A stretch of 64,000 bases of DNA from Patescibacteria group bacterium UBA4787 (GTDB taxonomy: Bacteria > Patescibacteriota > Patescibacteriia > UBA2591 > UBA4787): positions 155,670-219,669 of the forward strand of contig DHGX01000004.1 in the NCBI GenBank assembly GCA_002402995.1. The letters run 5' to 3'. The translations under genes were made by a program, and so were the position numbers. The notes under the pieces were generated by a model. That model was not told the origin of the DNA. It did not search any database and saw nothing but the letters and a program-made list of their open reading frames with translations. Positions 8,943 through 19,179 of the stretch are shown one piece after another; the stretch's first letter is position 1; each line of letters starts with the position of its first letter.

Positions 8943-9826
8943 ATTTTTTCTATTATTCTTAATTTAGCGCTTCTCGCTCGACGATTGATCACGATTTCTT
9001 CGCGAGAAGGAATAATCGGTTTTTTATTAATAATTTTTAAAGATTCATTATTTTTAAATTTATTTTTGACTATTCTGTCCTCTAAAGAATGATAAGAGAT
9101 AACTGCTAATCGCCCATTTTTATTTAAAATGTCGATTGCTTGATCAATAGCCGAAAAAAGATTATCCAATTCATGATTAACTGCGATTCTAAGGGCTTGA
9201 AAAACCTTAGTGGCCGGATTTATTTTATTACGAATCGGCAACGCTTTTTTAATGATCTCCACTAATTCACCCGTGGTAAAAATCTTTTGTTTTTGACGAG
9301 TCGACACAATCGCCCTCGCAATTCTTCTTGATCGTCTTTCTTCTCCGTAGCGATAAAAAATATCAGCGAGCTGTTCTTGTTTTAAACCATTAATTAAATC
9401 TGCTGCGGTCGGAATGTCGGCACGATCGTCAAAACGCATATCTAACTTTTCGTTGCGCAAAAATGAAAAACCTCTCCCAGAAGACTCAAGTAAGTCGGAT
9501 GATAATCCCAGGTCAAACAAGATTCCGCCTACCTCGTGAAAATTATTATCTTCGACGATGCGTTTTAGATTCACAAAATTATCACGGACTAAAATTAGTC
9601 TTTTTTCTAAATCGCGCCCTTTGATATGGGACGAAATTATTTTTAAAGATTCGTCCGAGGCATCTATTCCCAAAACCTTTCCGAAGGGCGCTGTTTTTTC
9701 TAAAATAGATAACGTGTGTCCGGCACCGCCCAGAGTGCAATCAATAAAATTTTTATTCGGTTGAGGATTTAGAAATTCGATTGTTTCTTTTAAAAGAACG
9801 GGCGTATGAAAAGAGATGTTGTTCAT
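8939..9826 (-). CDS. rsmH: 16S rRNA m4C1402 methyltransferase
   Basis: HTPVLLKE, DCTLGGAGH, DLGLSS, LDMRFD, FQALRIAVNHEL, SYHSLEDRIVK, RARSAKLR. Confidence 0.97.
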   Translation of the reverse strand: MNNISFHTPVLLKETIEFLNPQPNKNFIDCTLGGAGHTLSILEKTAPFGKVLGIDASDESLKIISSHIKGRDLEKRLILVRDNFVNLKRIVEDNNFHEVGGILFDLGLSSDLLESSGRGFSFLRNEKLDMRFDDRADIPTAADLINGLKQEQLADIFYRYGEERRSRRIARAIVSTRQKQKIFTTGELVEIIKKALPIRNKINPATKVFQALRIAVNHELDNLFSAIDQAIDILNKNGRLAVISYHSLEDRIVKNKFKNNESLKIINKKPIIPSREEIVINRRARSAKLRIIEKI

Positions 9827-9834
9827 AATCAATT

Positions 9835-10266
9835 TTAAACACCGAGGCCGGCTAAATTTTCAGCGATGTCAGTATTGTCGCGCTCGCTCTGAGACTTATA
9901 CTCTTCCCAATTATTTTCATCCCAGATCTCTAAGCGATTATATAAACCCGCGACTACAACTTTTTTGCTAATATTCGCATATTTTCTCAAATAATCAGGT
10001 AAAACAATTCTTCCTTGTTTATCAATGTCAACATCCATCGCTCCGGCAAGCATCAATCTGGCGAAGGCCCTGCTTTTAGCTTGGCTGATTGGAAGTTTAG
10101 AAAGAACGTTGGCTAAATTTTCCCATTCTTTCTTTGCGTATAAAGATAAGCAGTTATCAACGCCGCGCGTGACAACTGCTCCTATCGATAAAAGTATGCG
10201 AAATTTTGGTGGTACGGCCAATCTTCCTTTTTCATCTACATTGTAATGATATTCTCCGATAAACAT
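9835..10266 (-). CDS. mraZ: Division/cell wall cluster transcriptional repressor MraZ
   Basis: MFIGEY..DEKGRL..P and DKQGRI.LP repeats; start moved to ATG 10266. Confidence 0.96.
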   Translation of the reverse strand: MFIGEYHYNVDEKGRLAVPPKFRILLSIGAVVTRGVDNCLSLYAKKEWENLANVLSKLPISQAKSRAFARLMLAGAMDVDIDKQGRIVLPDYLRKYANISKKVVVAGLYNRLEIWDENNWEEYKSQSERDNTDIAENLAGLGV

Positions 10267-10310
10267 ATCAATATAATTCAATTTAAAGTTATTAACAATT
10301 AGTCTAACTT

Positions 10311-10340
10311 ATCCCCACTTTTATCCACATATAACCACAA
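10311..10340 (-). promoter_or_regulatory. MraZ-binding direct repeats (three GTGG boxes, 10-nt period)
   Basis: Minus strand reads TTGTGGTTAT ATGTGGATAA AAGTGGGGAT directly upstream of mraZ. Confidence 0.75.
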
Positions 10341-10459
10341 TGATATAATACTACACCATTTTTTACCACTAATCAATAGCATTGTGGATAACTTGTGATA
10401 AACTAAAAATGCCGCCAATCAGCGACATTTTATGAGTTATTTGCCCCTCTATTGCCTAT

Positions 10460-11542
10460 TTAATCGATTACTTCTTTTTTAACAATTCTCGCAATGGCTA
10501 ATTCTTCGTTGGTTTTGATCGCGAGAATCTTCGACTTATTAAGAATTTTTAGATTTTTAATAGCTCGTTGGCGCGTAATGGCATCTCCTGCTCCAATTGC
10601 GCCGGTAAAAATTATAGCGTCTATTTTTCCTAAAATTGCCGAATAAGCGCCAATATATTTTTTAATTCGATTAATAAATATTTCAAAAGCTAGTTTTGCT
10701 CTTTTATCTCCCCTTCTTAACCCTTTTAATAAAGACAAATAATTTTTTCGTCCGGACAAACCTAATATCCCTGAATGATGATTCAAGATACTATTTATTT
10801 CTTCAATGCTTAATTTCAAAGAATCATGTAAATAAAAAATTATACCCGGATCTAAATCGCCGGAGCGCGTTTGCATTACCAATCCTTCTAGCGGCGTAAA
10901 CCCCATCGAAGTTTCTATGGCCTTTCCTTTTTGAATTGCCGTTATTGAGCATCCGCCGCCCAAATGACAAGTGATCAAATTTATTTTTGTTATATTTTTC
11001 TTTAATAAGAGGGCTGCTTCTTCGGCCACATACTCATGAGAAATCCCATGAAAACCAAATCTTTGCACGCCCTGTTCATAAAAATATAGAGGCAAGGGAT
11101 AAATCTTGCTTACTAAGGGTAGGTTGCTAAAAAAAGACGTATCAAAAATAGCCAAATGTAAAACATTCGGCAGAAAAAGCATCGTTAGACGAGCAACAGC
11201 TAAGCTATATGGATTATGAAGTGGCGCTAATTTATTATAAGCCTCAATTTTTTTTAAAACATCCTCGTTAAGCCTGGTTGGTTTAGTAAATTCTCGTCCG
11301 CCGTGAACAAAACGATAACCAACTGCCGCGATAAAATTAAGATTGTTAAATTGCAAAAATATCTTACGCAAAGCTTCGTGATGATTTCTTATTTTTTCAC
11401 CGTGACCTATATTGTTAATTGAACTGTCCAACAAGCAATTGAGATCCTGGAAATCAAATAATTTATACTTTAACGAAGTACTGCCTGCGTTCAAAACTAA
11501 TATAACTTTTTTATTTTGAAAATTATTATCTTTTTTGGCCAT
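10460..11542 (-). CDS. ackA: Acetate kinase
   Basis: LVLNAGSTSLKY, RFVHGG, LAPLHNP, FGFHGISH, CHLGGGCS, SMGFTPLEG, TNEELAIA; start moved to MAKK (ATG 11542). Confidence 0.93.
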   Translation of the reverse strand: MAKKDNNFQNKKVILVLNAGSTSLKYKLFDFQDLNCLLDSSINNIGHGEKIRNHHEALRKIFLQFNNLNFIAAVGYRFVHGGREFTKPTRLNEDVLKKIEAYNKLAPLHNPYSLAVARLTMLFLPNVLHLAIFDTSFFSNLPLVSKIYPLPLYFYEQGVQRFGFHGISHEYVAEEAALLLKKNITKINLITCHLGGGCSITAIQKGKAIETSMGFTPLEGLVMQTRSGDLDPGIIFYLHDSLKLSIEEINSILNHHSGILGLSGRKNYLSLLKGLRRGDKRAKLAFEIFINRIKKYIGAYSAILGKIDAIIFTGAIGAGDAITRQRAIKNLKILNKSKILAIKTNEELAIARIVKKEVID

Positions 11543-11571
11543 TTCGATCAAATTTTTAATGAAAAATCTAT

Positions 11572-12711
11572 TTAGAAATAAACGAGTTGATAGATAATAC
11601 CTAAAACGAAAACAACACAAATGAAATAAGCGATAAATTTAGGCAAAGCAAAATTATATTCAGGGCTGCGATCTCCTAATTTTTTAGCTCGGTAAAAAGC
11701 CATAATAATTAAAATACCTTCTGTCCCGGCAATAATACCACCGGCGAAACCAATAACTTTAATAAAACTATTTAACCCCAAAAGGAATAAGATCATTGGC
11801 ACTGAAACAGCCAATAAACTAGCCCAAGTAAGGGGAATTTTATGGTCGCGATTAAAAAATTGACGCAGAGCGTAGCCTAGAGATACAAACGAAGTTAAAA
11901 CACTTAAAAGGCCAAAAAGAGCTCCAGTTAAAATAATCTTCGGTCCCATTATTTTTATCAAGCCACTAATTGCATCTTCGCTGGTATGTGAACCGCTCAC
12001 CCCAACCACCGAAAAAGTAAAAATCGCATAAACCAATATAGGAATAACCAAGCCGCCTATCACTAGAGCCGAGCGCATTAAATTCGCGTCATTGCCTAGA
12101 ATCTTGCGCATAGTGGGCACGGCGGTCAAACCACCCAAAGCAAATAGAACTACTCCATAAGGATAAAAAATATTAGTCGCATTAAAATCTTGATAATTTT
12201 CCGGATTAATATATTTAAGGCTAAAAATAAAAACCAACAGAGTCATCAAAATTAAAAGCGTGGTCATGCCTAGTTCGGCCTTAGCCATAACTTTTGAACC
12301 TCTCATAATTAAATAACTGCCGATGATCCAAAAAATTATAGCATAAATCAAGTCGCTACCGCCAAAGATAGGCGCAAAAACAATGGGCGCGAATTTACTA
12401 AAAGCGATAATATAAGCTATCAAAGCGCTATAAAGACCCAAAAGTAGAGAAATACCCATAATCCACCAAGCCTTTTGTCCTAAATATTTTTTAATATAAC
12501 CACTCACACCCAGTGGACCATTGGTTCGTAAAACGATTTCTCCGAAACAAAAATTAGTAACCAACACAATGAGTCCTAAGAAAATCAAATAAACAATACC
12601 TCCAATATAACCAATTTGGGCAAAAGCATACGGTAAACCAAAAATACCTGCACCGACTACGGTTCCTAAGAGTACAGCGATTGTTTCAAAAAAAGTTACA
12701 TATTTCTTCAT
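11572..12711 (-). CDS. Aromatic amino acid (Trp/Tyr) permease family transporter
   Basis: GTVVGAGIFGLPY motif, about 11 TM segments. Confidence 0.85.
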   Translation of the reverse strand: MKKYVTFFETIAVLLGTVVGAGIFGLPYAFAQIGYIGGIVYLIFLGLIVLVTNFCFGEIVLRTNGPLGVSGYIKKYLGQKAWWIMGISLLLGLYSALIAYIIAFSKFAPIVFAPIFGGSDLIYAIIFWIIGSYLIMRGSKVMAKAELGMTTLLILMTLLVFIFSLKYINPENYQDFNATNIFYPYGVVLFALGGLTAVPTMRKILGNDANLMRSALVIGGLVIPILVYAIFTFSVVGVSGSHTSEDAISGLIKIMGPKIILTGALFGLLSVLTSFVSLGYALRQFFNRDHKIPLTWASLLAVSVPMILFLLGLNSFIKVIGFAGGIIAGTEGILIIMAFYRAKKLGDRSPEYNFALPKFIAYFICVVFVLGIIYQLVYF

Positions 12712-12721
12712 AAATCGAGTT

Positions 12722-12800
12722 TTTATTATCAAGCGAGCGAGCGAAATGAAAATTTCTTTTTCATTTCCGAACGAGCACAGATATCAAAAAGTTTAATACC
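12722..12800 (+). repeat. Family B structured repeat without secondary insert
   Basis: TTATCAAGCGAGCGAGCGAAATGAAA...TTTCATTTCCGAACGAGCACAGATATC...TTTAATACC. Confidence 0.75.
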
Positions 12801-12802
12801 TT

Positions 12803-13750
12803 TTATTTTAATAATTTAGTTTGTTCAACGTGTCCGTATAATTTGGTGTATTCATTGTTAACTTTATCTAAAGCGTTCTTGGCGTTGGCAATGTGGCCGG
12901 TCGCTACGCCCAAAATTTCTCCTAATTTCTGTGTATCGTGTTCGACGGCCTGCAGAATTCTAATAATTTTTTTGGCCTCTTCCTGGAGCTGCTGACCCTT
13001 CATGCCAACCATAATAATTTTAATAAAATAATAAAAAGTATTTGGCGAAACAAAATAGACCTTTTTCTGCTTCGCGTAATTATCAAGATCAAAATCAGAT
13101 TTACTGACTAGCTCGTAATAAATCACTTCTGAGGGGATGTACATAACCGCGAAATCAACCGTTCCCTCCTCTGGTAAAATATATTTATTACTAATCTCGT
13201 CTATTTTGGTTTTTACCGCCTTAATGCATTCTTTAAAAATTTTCGTTTGTTCTTCCTCGTCTTTCGAAGACAAATAGCGCTGAAAACTTTCTAACGGAAA
13301 TTTAGCATCAATAGGAATAATGCCGTCATTGGTTTTTAAAATAGCATCGACGATTTGTCCGCTTCTAAATTTATATTGCATAACAAAATGATCTTTAGAA
13401 AAAAACTGCTCTAGAAGATCCTGTAAAACCTGTTCGCCGATATTGCCTCGCAATTTGGGAGATTTCAAAAAATCTTGGAAGCTTTGAATTTGATGTCCGA
13501 TCTCTTTAACGCCGCCCAATTCATGCGTAACCTCGCTAATAACTTGCGCTGCCTTATCTAAACGTTCGTTGATAGCCTTGGTAGTATCATCTAAACGGCC
13601 CTGCATTCCTTGGATGTTCTGATTTAATAGAATCAACGATTGATCTGATTTTTGTCTTTCTTCTGATTGCTTTATCCGTTGGTTGATTAAATAGAATAAA
13701 ATTAAAAAACCAGCCAAAATAACGCCGCTTAAAATAATTGTAGACAACAT
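12803..13750 (-). CDS. rmuC: DNA recombination protein RmuC
   Basis: N-terminal TM and coiled coil, RGNIGEQVL, IPIDAKFPL, DFAVMYIPSE, VSPNT. Confidence 0.9.
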   Translation of the reverse strand: MLSTIILSGVILAGFLILFYLINQRIKQSEERQKSDQSLILLNQNIQGMQGRLDDTTKAINERLDKAAQVISEVTHELGGVKEIGHQIQSFQDFLKSPKLRGNIGEQVLQDLLEQFFSKDHFVMQYKFRSGQIVDAILKTNDGIIPIDAKFPLESFQRYLSSKDEEEQTKIFKECIKAVKTKIDEISNKYILPEEGTVDFAVMYIPSEVIYYELVSKSDFDLDNYAKQKKVYFVSPNTFYYFIKIIMVGMKGQQLQEEAKKIIRILQAVEHDTQKLGEILGVATGHIANAKNALDKVNNEYTKLYGHVEQTKLLK

Positions 13751-13838
13751 AATAAATCTTTTTTAGATATAAATTTAACTAAATTAATATTTACTTCAAC
13801 TATAGAACGATATAAACAATTGGCAGGTAGGCGCGATT

Positions 13839-14783
13839 TTATCCGCGAATGAATATATACACAATGTAGCTGATATAAAGAACGATAAGACAAATTCCGT
13901 GCCACCTCTTTAATGTATATTTTTTTCCCACGAACAACAAGCCACACAATACGATCGCCGAAAGAAAGGCAACCACAATATCAAAGAAAAAATATGGATT
14001 AAATATGATGGGTTTTATTATTGCCCCAAAACCTAATATCATAAGAAAATCAAAAATATTTGAACCGATGATATTTCCAATAGCGATGCCCGCCTGTTTT
14101 CGATAAGCGGCAACAAACGAGACAATAAATTCCGGTAACGACGTGCCGATGCCAACTATAGTAAGCCCAATAACGCCTTGGGTCATCCCAAATTCTTGTG
14201 CCATAGCCATTGCTCCATCTACAACCCACTTTCCGCCGAGGATAACGCCTAAAAGTCCCAGAAGTATAAATCCGAAAGACACAAAGAGCGTTGTTTCCTT
14301 TATTTCTATTGTTCGTTCTTCTCCGCTCAAATCATTAGATTTTTTGATAACCACACAAAGCCAACATGCGAAAAGAACAAGAAGAAAAACCCCTTCTAAC
14401 ATAGAAATCAACCCCGGGCCCAACCAAAGCGCGAATGCCATGACCGCGCCCACGGCGAAGATATTCCACACCAAGTCTCGCTCCACCCACTCCTTTTTCA
14501 TGGAAAGCGGAAAAAAAAGCGCCGTAACCCCAAGGATAAAAAGCATATTGAAGGTGTTTGATCCGATAATAACTCCGAGACCGACTTCGCCATCAATAAA
14601 GTGCGCAATCAAAAATGTGGCAAATTCCGGAATAGAAGTGCCGATCCCCACAATCACCAACCCTATCAGAAACGAAGAAACATGAAATCTGCGCGCAACA
14701 GAAGACGCCCCTTTTACTAAAAGATTTGCTCCCTTAATGAGAATATAGAAACCAACAACAAATAAAATAGAGGTGATGACCAT
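13839..14783 (-). CDS. Calcium/sodium antiporter (CaCA, YrbG-like)
   Basis: Two alpha repeats, GTSIPE...GSN and GTSLPE...GNIIGSN. Confidence 0.92.
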   Translation of the reverse strand: MVITSILFVVGFYILIKGANLLVKGASSVARRFHVSSFLIGLVIVGIGTSIPEFATFLIAHFIDGEVGLGVIIGSNTFNMLFILGVTALFFPLSMKKEWVERDLVWNIFAVGAVMAFALWLGPGLISMLEGVFLLVLFACWLCVVIKKSNDLSGEERTIEIKETTLFVSFGFILLGLLGVILGGKWVVDGAMAMAQEFGMTQGVIGLTIVGIGTSLPEFIVSFVAAYRKQAGIAIGNIIGSNIFDFLMILGFGAIIKPIIFNPYFFFDIVVAFLSAIVLCGLLFVGKKYTLKRWHGICLIVLYISYIVYIFIRG

Positions 14784-14858
14784 ATAAATTCATTCTACGC
14801 TATTATAGCTTTAACGACAATATCATTAAAGTTGGCACGGGGCCGTGATATTATAACA

Positions 14859-15056
14859 TTATTTTTCTTTCGAGGTTAAAAGAGAGATTAAGCCAATAAA
14901 CAAAATCAAAAAGAAAAAAGATCGTAAATCTAGCCACAAACTAACAAATAACGGGTGAACATCTTCCAGTACACAAGAAATTAGCCAAACCAAACCACTA
15001 ACAATAAACAAATCGCGGGATAGAATATGAATAAATTTCAAAACTTTTATAGCCAT
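14859..15056 (-). CDS. Small 2-TM hypothetical protein
   Basis: Two hydrophobic segments; overlaps the upstream gene end as in an operon. Confidence 0.6.
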   Translation of the reverse strand: MAIKVLKFIHILSRDLFIVSGLVWLISCVLEDVHPLFVSLWLDLRSFFFLILFIGLISLLTSKEK

Positions 15057-15901
15057 AGTTTTTCGATTTTCTTTAACAAATAACCCTTGATTAAAGGCCA
15101 GACCTCCTCTGGTTTAGTTCTGTCGCGCTCTAAAACAATTTCCAAATTATAAATTTTTACCTCGCTCTGGCCAGAATTAAAATCCGGAGCGGAAATCATA
15201 AATTCAATTGAGTGATTATTAATTGATTCCGGCGTAAGATCAAATTTAATCGTCGCCACCTTCAAATCTCCTTCTATAGCCGGCGGTCGGTAATCACTAA
15301 TAATATAATCAATATAATTAAGGGGTGTTTTAGGATTCCAAGGAATGGGCTTCAACGGATTAGAAGACGACTGAACTAGAAAATCATAATAATAAGTGGC
15401 ATTTTTTTTGTTAACAGGCGGATTGGCTAAAAATTCTTTTATGCTATGATAAAATGGTTGTTTCTGCCACAGAGAAGTGTCTCCCTCTGAAATTCTTGTC
15501 CAATTCAAATAATCAAAAATCTTGTTCTCGATGGGATAAAGCGCAAAATTCCAATCGGTTGAAATTGTTTTATTCATCATAACACCGAGCTGCAAAAGAT
15601 TCTGCCCCTGGTTTTTATAATAAACATTGATTTCTCCTGACTTAAAAGTTCTCGGAATTCCAACCTTAAAATAAGCCGGCTCGCTGAGCAAACGATTAAA
15701 ACATCTGCCACGATCATCAATTTCTGTGCCACCCGCCCTAGAAACCGGATAAAAGTCAGATATAAAATTATCGCTGGAGCAAAAATCTTTGACCAGATAA
15801 TACCTTCCGCTCATCACTAAATTCTGGTAACCCAAAAAAACAAAATAGCTTAAAGAAGCTAGAACAAGTATCGTCACGTAAATTTTTTCGAAAATCTTCA
15901 T
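15047..15901 (-). CDS. Membrane-anchored hypothetical protein
   Basis: 284-aa ORF with an N-terminal TM. Confidence 0.7.
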   Translation of the reverse strand: MKIFEKIYVTILVLASLSYFVFLGYQNLVMSGRYYLVKDFCSSDNFISDFYPVSRAGGTEIDDRGRCFNRLLSEPAYFKVGIPRTFKSGEINVYYKNQGQNLLQLGVMMNKTISTDWNFALYPIENKIFDYLNWTRISEGDTSLWQKQPFYHSIKEFLANPPVNKKNATYYYDFLVQSSSNPLKPIPWNPKTPLNYIDYIISDYRPPAIEGDLKVATIKFDLTPESINNHSIEFMISAPDFNSGQSEVKIYNLEIVLERDRTKPEEVWPLIKGYLLKKIEKLWL

Positions 15902-15908
15902 AAATATT

Positions 15909-16901
15909 ATGGCTCCATCAAAAGTCGCTATTATTATACTAAATTGGAATGGCTCTGACTATACGCTTGATTGTTTGTTGTCGCTTAAAAAATTAACCTT
16001 TTTAAATTATAAAATATTCCTAACAGACAATGGTTCCAGCCCCAACGACCTTTTAAAGATAAAAGATTTCGTCGGTCGTGAATTTAATGAGCATCAATTA
16101 AAATTAATAGATAATAAAAAAAATTATGGTTTTGCCGAAGGAAACAATATCGCCATCAGACAAGCTCTAGCAGAACCGGGCGTTCAGTATGTTCTTTTAT
16201 TAAACAACGACACGATTGTTTCGCCAGAATTAATCGAAAGAGGTCTGGCCGCTATAACGGGCGCGAAACAAATGGTGGCCTTCAGAATAATGTCGATGGA
16301 TGATCCTAAACAAGTTGATTCTTGCGGTCTCGAGCTGACTCGCGGCGGACTTTCATATAATAGAAGAGATTTTAATTCGCTTACGTTTTGTCCTGCTGGC
16401 GCGGCGGCTTTATACTCGCGATCATTACTAGAAAATATAAAAATTAATAATGATTATCTGGATTCCCGATATTTTGTTTACGCAGAAGACTTGGATCTGG
16501 GATTTCGCGCGCGACTCAAGGGATTTGATTGTGGCTGTGTCAACGAACCCTTAATTTATCATAAAGGGTCTGCCACTACATCAATTATGAGCCGAACAGC
16601 CACTTTCTATACTTATCGCAACATTCTGTGGACGCTTTACAAAAATTTTCCGAACTGGCTGTGGGTAAAATATTTTATCCATATTGTCGTCGGTCAGTTA
16701 GCAGTTATTATGATAAATATCTGGCGGAAGCAAGGTAAATTAATTATAAAATCTTATTGGACGGCCATCACTGGAATGAAAAAAATGAAAAATGATAGAA
16801 ATAAAATCCAGAAAGAAAAATCAATTACAGCCAAAGAAATTTCTAATATTATTTCGCCCTATATTTTTAATCGTTACTATTTAAAGAACTTATTTAGATG
16901 A
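15909..16901 (+). CDS. GT2 glycosyltransferase
   Basis: IIILNWNG, DNGS, NYGFAEGNN, LLLNND, YAEDLDL. Confidence 0.92.
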   Translation: MAPSKVAIIILNWNGSDYTLDCLLSLKKLTFLNYKIFLTDNGSSPNDLLKIKDFVGREFNEHQLKLIDNKKNYGFAEGNNIAIRQALAEPGVQYVLLLNNDTIVSPELIERGLAAITGAKQMVAFRIMSMDDPKQVDSCGLELTRGGLSYNRRDFNSLTFCPAGAAALYSRSLLENIKINNDYLDSRYFVYAEDLDLGFRARLKGFDCGCVNEPLIYHKGSATTSIMSRTATFYTYRNILWTLYKNFPNWLWVKYFIHIVVGQLAVIMINIWRKQGKLIIKSYWTAITGMKKMKNDRNKIQKEKSITAKEISNIISPYIFNRYYLKNLFR

Positions 16902-16923
16902 TTCTTTGTTATAGCCCTGTATA

Positions 16924-19179
16924 TTAATGGGTATAATGCCAAAGCAAAACCGCGTTGATTCGTTCCGGTTCCCCCAATAACTCGTACAACCTTTTTAAAA
17001 TATCCTGTCGATAACGCACGTCTATCCAACGCTCTTCGGTCATAAAATAACAATCTTTGGCATTGGTGAGTTCCATGGCCTTTTTTAAATATTTAATTGA
17101 AGGCGCCTTATTCATATTGTTAAAAATCTGGACTCGTTCCGGTTGACTATATTCAAAATAAACAGGAAATCCTCCGGCTACGATATATTTAGACGAGGCG
17201 GCTTCTATGGCTAAAAGCGGCCAAGTATTGGCGATTACGCAATAATTACCGTTTGGCGAGGCATGCGGTTTGATTTTTTGCCACAAGTAATCGGCCGCTT
17301 CTAATTCTCCTTTGGAAACCATCTGCATTTTTGGCCCGGAAGCATAAACAGTGGTAGTGGTAAAAGAAAAAATCAGAAATAAACACGCCGCTAAAAATTT
17401 CTTGGAAAAAAATTGATTTTTCTTTTCAACCAACAACTGGTTGACTCCGCCGACGATAAGAAATAAAAACAAATAACTGATTATTAATATTAAACGTTTA
17501 GTAAAAATATGGTTGCCATTCATAAAATGTGATCCGATAAATTGTCCTAAAAGCAACGCTGGCAAAAAGATCGACGCCAAAATTAAAAATTTATTTTTGA
17601 ATTTTATAGCATAAATAAAACCAAAAAGGGCAATTAATAAAATAGCGGGCGTCAAAAGATATGGCCAACGCGTAATTTTAAAAAGAATACTCCGGCTCAA
17701 TGTTTCATTATTTTGCATAAAAAGCCAATTATCCTGTTCCATGTTGGCGACACGCGGGAAAATCGACGAAGAAATAATTAAATTTTTCCCAAAATTAACC
17801 AACTGACTTCTTAAATTGGCTAAACTATAAATGGGTTTATCAAAAATAAAATGAGAATAATTATTTACGGTGTCTAAGAATGGAAAAAGAAATATCAAAT
17901 TTAGAAACAAACAAAACAAAACAAAAACTATTATCCATTTTTCCTTCTTATGAATGGAGTGTGAATAAATTTTAAACAGGATCGCGAAAACCAATAAAAT
18001 GACAAACAGAACAAGATATAAAATATAATTCAAATATAAAACAGGAAAGCATAAAATTAACGCGACAATTAAGCCAATTGATTTACGCGGTCCGCCCAAA
18101 TAGAACAGAACCAAAAAGAAAGCGAGTAAAAACACCATAAAACCAAAGGCATTGGGCACGGTAATGGCCCCATAAACTTGAAACGGAAAAAACATTAATG
18201 ACAATAAGGCGGCTAAACAAGAAATTCTTTGTTTCTTGAAAATCAGCGCACTTATAAGGAAAGTCAAAATCGGCACAAAAATCGACCACATTAAAAACCC
18301 TAAAAAATAATCAACCCAAAAAACATCAACGCTGGTTAACCAAGACGCGGTCGCGGTCAAACCCCACATATTGGCATAAGAATTTTTATTGCCCACCAAA
18401 AAAACCTTGGGCAATTTAATGCCTAAAAAATTTACGGTTTCCGTCGGCTCTCCCCACAAACTAGGCGAGTAAATATTCCCTTCCATTAACCATTTCTCTG
18501 CTCCGATGTGGCGCCAACGATCGCCGCCAAAACCCACGGGATAAACTATTAATAAATAAGAATGGACAACCAGGGAAACTAAAATAATTATAAATAATGT
18601 CGTTTTGATCCTGGCTCGAGAAAAAATCAGAATGAGGCTCAAAAAAATCAAAAAACCGATAAAATAAAAAACTAATGGCGAAACTCTAGTCCAAGGAGAC
18701 AGCAAATAAGAATCCGAACGGCCGCGAAAAAACAAAAAAATAGTTAAACAGGAAAAAATAATAATAGAAAGAATTAACCAAAAAGTTTTAATTTTAAAAA
18801 ATGGCTCTTCTTTGGCGTCTTCTGGGGCTTCAAGAATCTTTTTTTGATTAGACAAGGCTAGTCCTATTATTAAAATAAATATTAAACCATAAATAATCCA
18901 GTTAAAATTAAGCTTGTATAAAAATATAGGCAGGGCCGTTAAAAAAGAAATCAGAACCAATACAACAAAAATACCGACTAATATTCTTATTTTCTTATTC
19001 ACAACTGAAATTTGAGAAAAAATTATACCCCACTCGCGTCCAGTTAAAAAAAGATAAAATAAAAACAGAGCTACGCCGATAATTTGATAATGATAAAATC
19101 TAGCGTTAATAAATAAAGCGAAAATTACCAACAAAGAAACCAGCAAGGTTATAAGCTTTTTTTTAAATTCGCTTTTCAT
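16924..19179 (-). CDS. Large polytopic membrane protein, possibly GT-C-like, in a glycosylation cluster
   Basis: More than 15 hydrophobic segments, GGDRWRH loop, soluble C-terminal domain; flanked by GT genes. Confidence 0.6.
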   Translation of the reverse strand: MKSEFKKKLITLLVSLLVIFALFINARFYHYQIIGVALFLFYLFLTGREWGIIFSQISVVNKKIRILVGIFVVLVLISFLTALPIFLYKLNFNWIIYGLIFILIIGLALSNQKKILEAPEDAKEEPFFKIKTFWLILSIIIFSCLTIFLFFRGRSDSYLLSPWTRVSPLVFYFIGFLIFLSLILIFSRARIKTTLFIIILVSLVVHSYLLIVYPVGFGGDRWRHIGAEKWLMEGNIYSPSLWGEPTETVNFLGIKLPKVFLVGNKNSYANMWGLTATASWLTSVDVFWVDYFLGFLMWSIFVPILTFLISALIFKKQRISCLAALLSLMFFPFQVYGAITVPNAFGFMVFLLAFFLVLFYLGGPRKSIGLIVALILCFPVLYLNYILYLVLFVILLVFAILFKIYSHSIHKKEKWIIVFVLFCLFLNLIFLFPFLDTVNNYSHFIFDKPIYSLANLRSQLVNFGKNLIISSSIFPRVANMEQDNWLFMQNNETLSRSILFKITRWPYLLTPAILLIALFGFIYAIKFKNKFLILASIFLPALLLGQFIGSHFMNGNHIFTKRLILIISYLFLFLIVGGVNQLLVEKKNQFFSKKFLAACLFLIFSFTTTTVYASGPKMQMVSKGELEAADYLWQKIKPHASPNGNYCVIANTWPLLAIEAASSKYIVAGGFPVYFEYSQPERVQIFNNMNKAPSIKYLKKAMELTNAKDCYFMTEERWIDVRYRQDILKRLYELLGEPERINAVLLWHYTH

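Noticed and set aside
10311-10400. Replication origin
   Set aside because: Only two perfect DnaA boxes, no dnaA/dnaN nearby, and the repeats fit the MraZ operator
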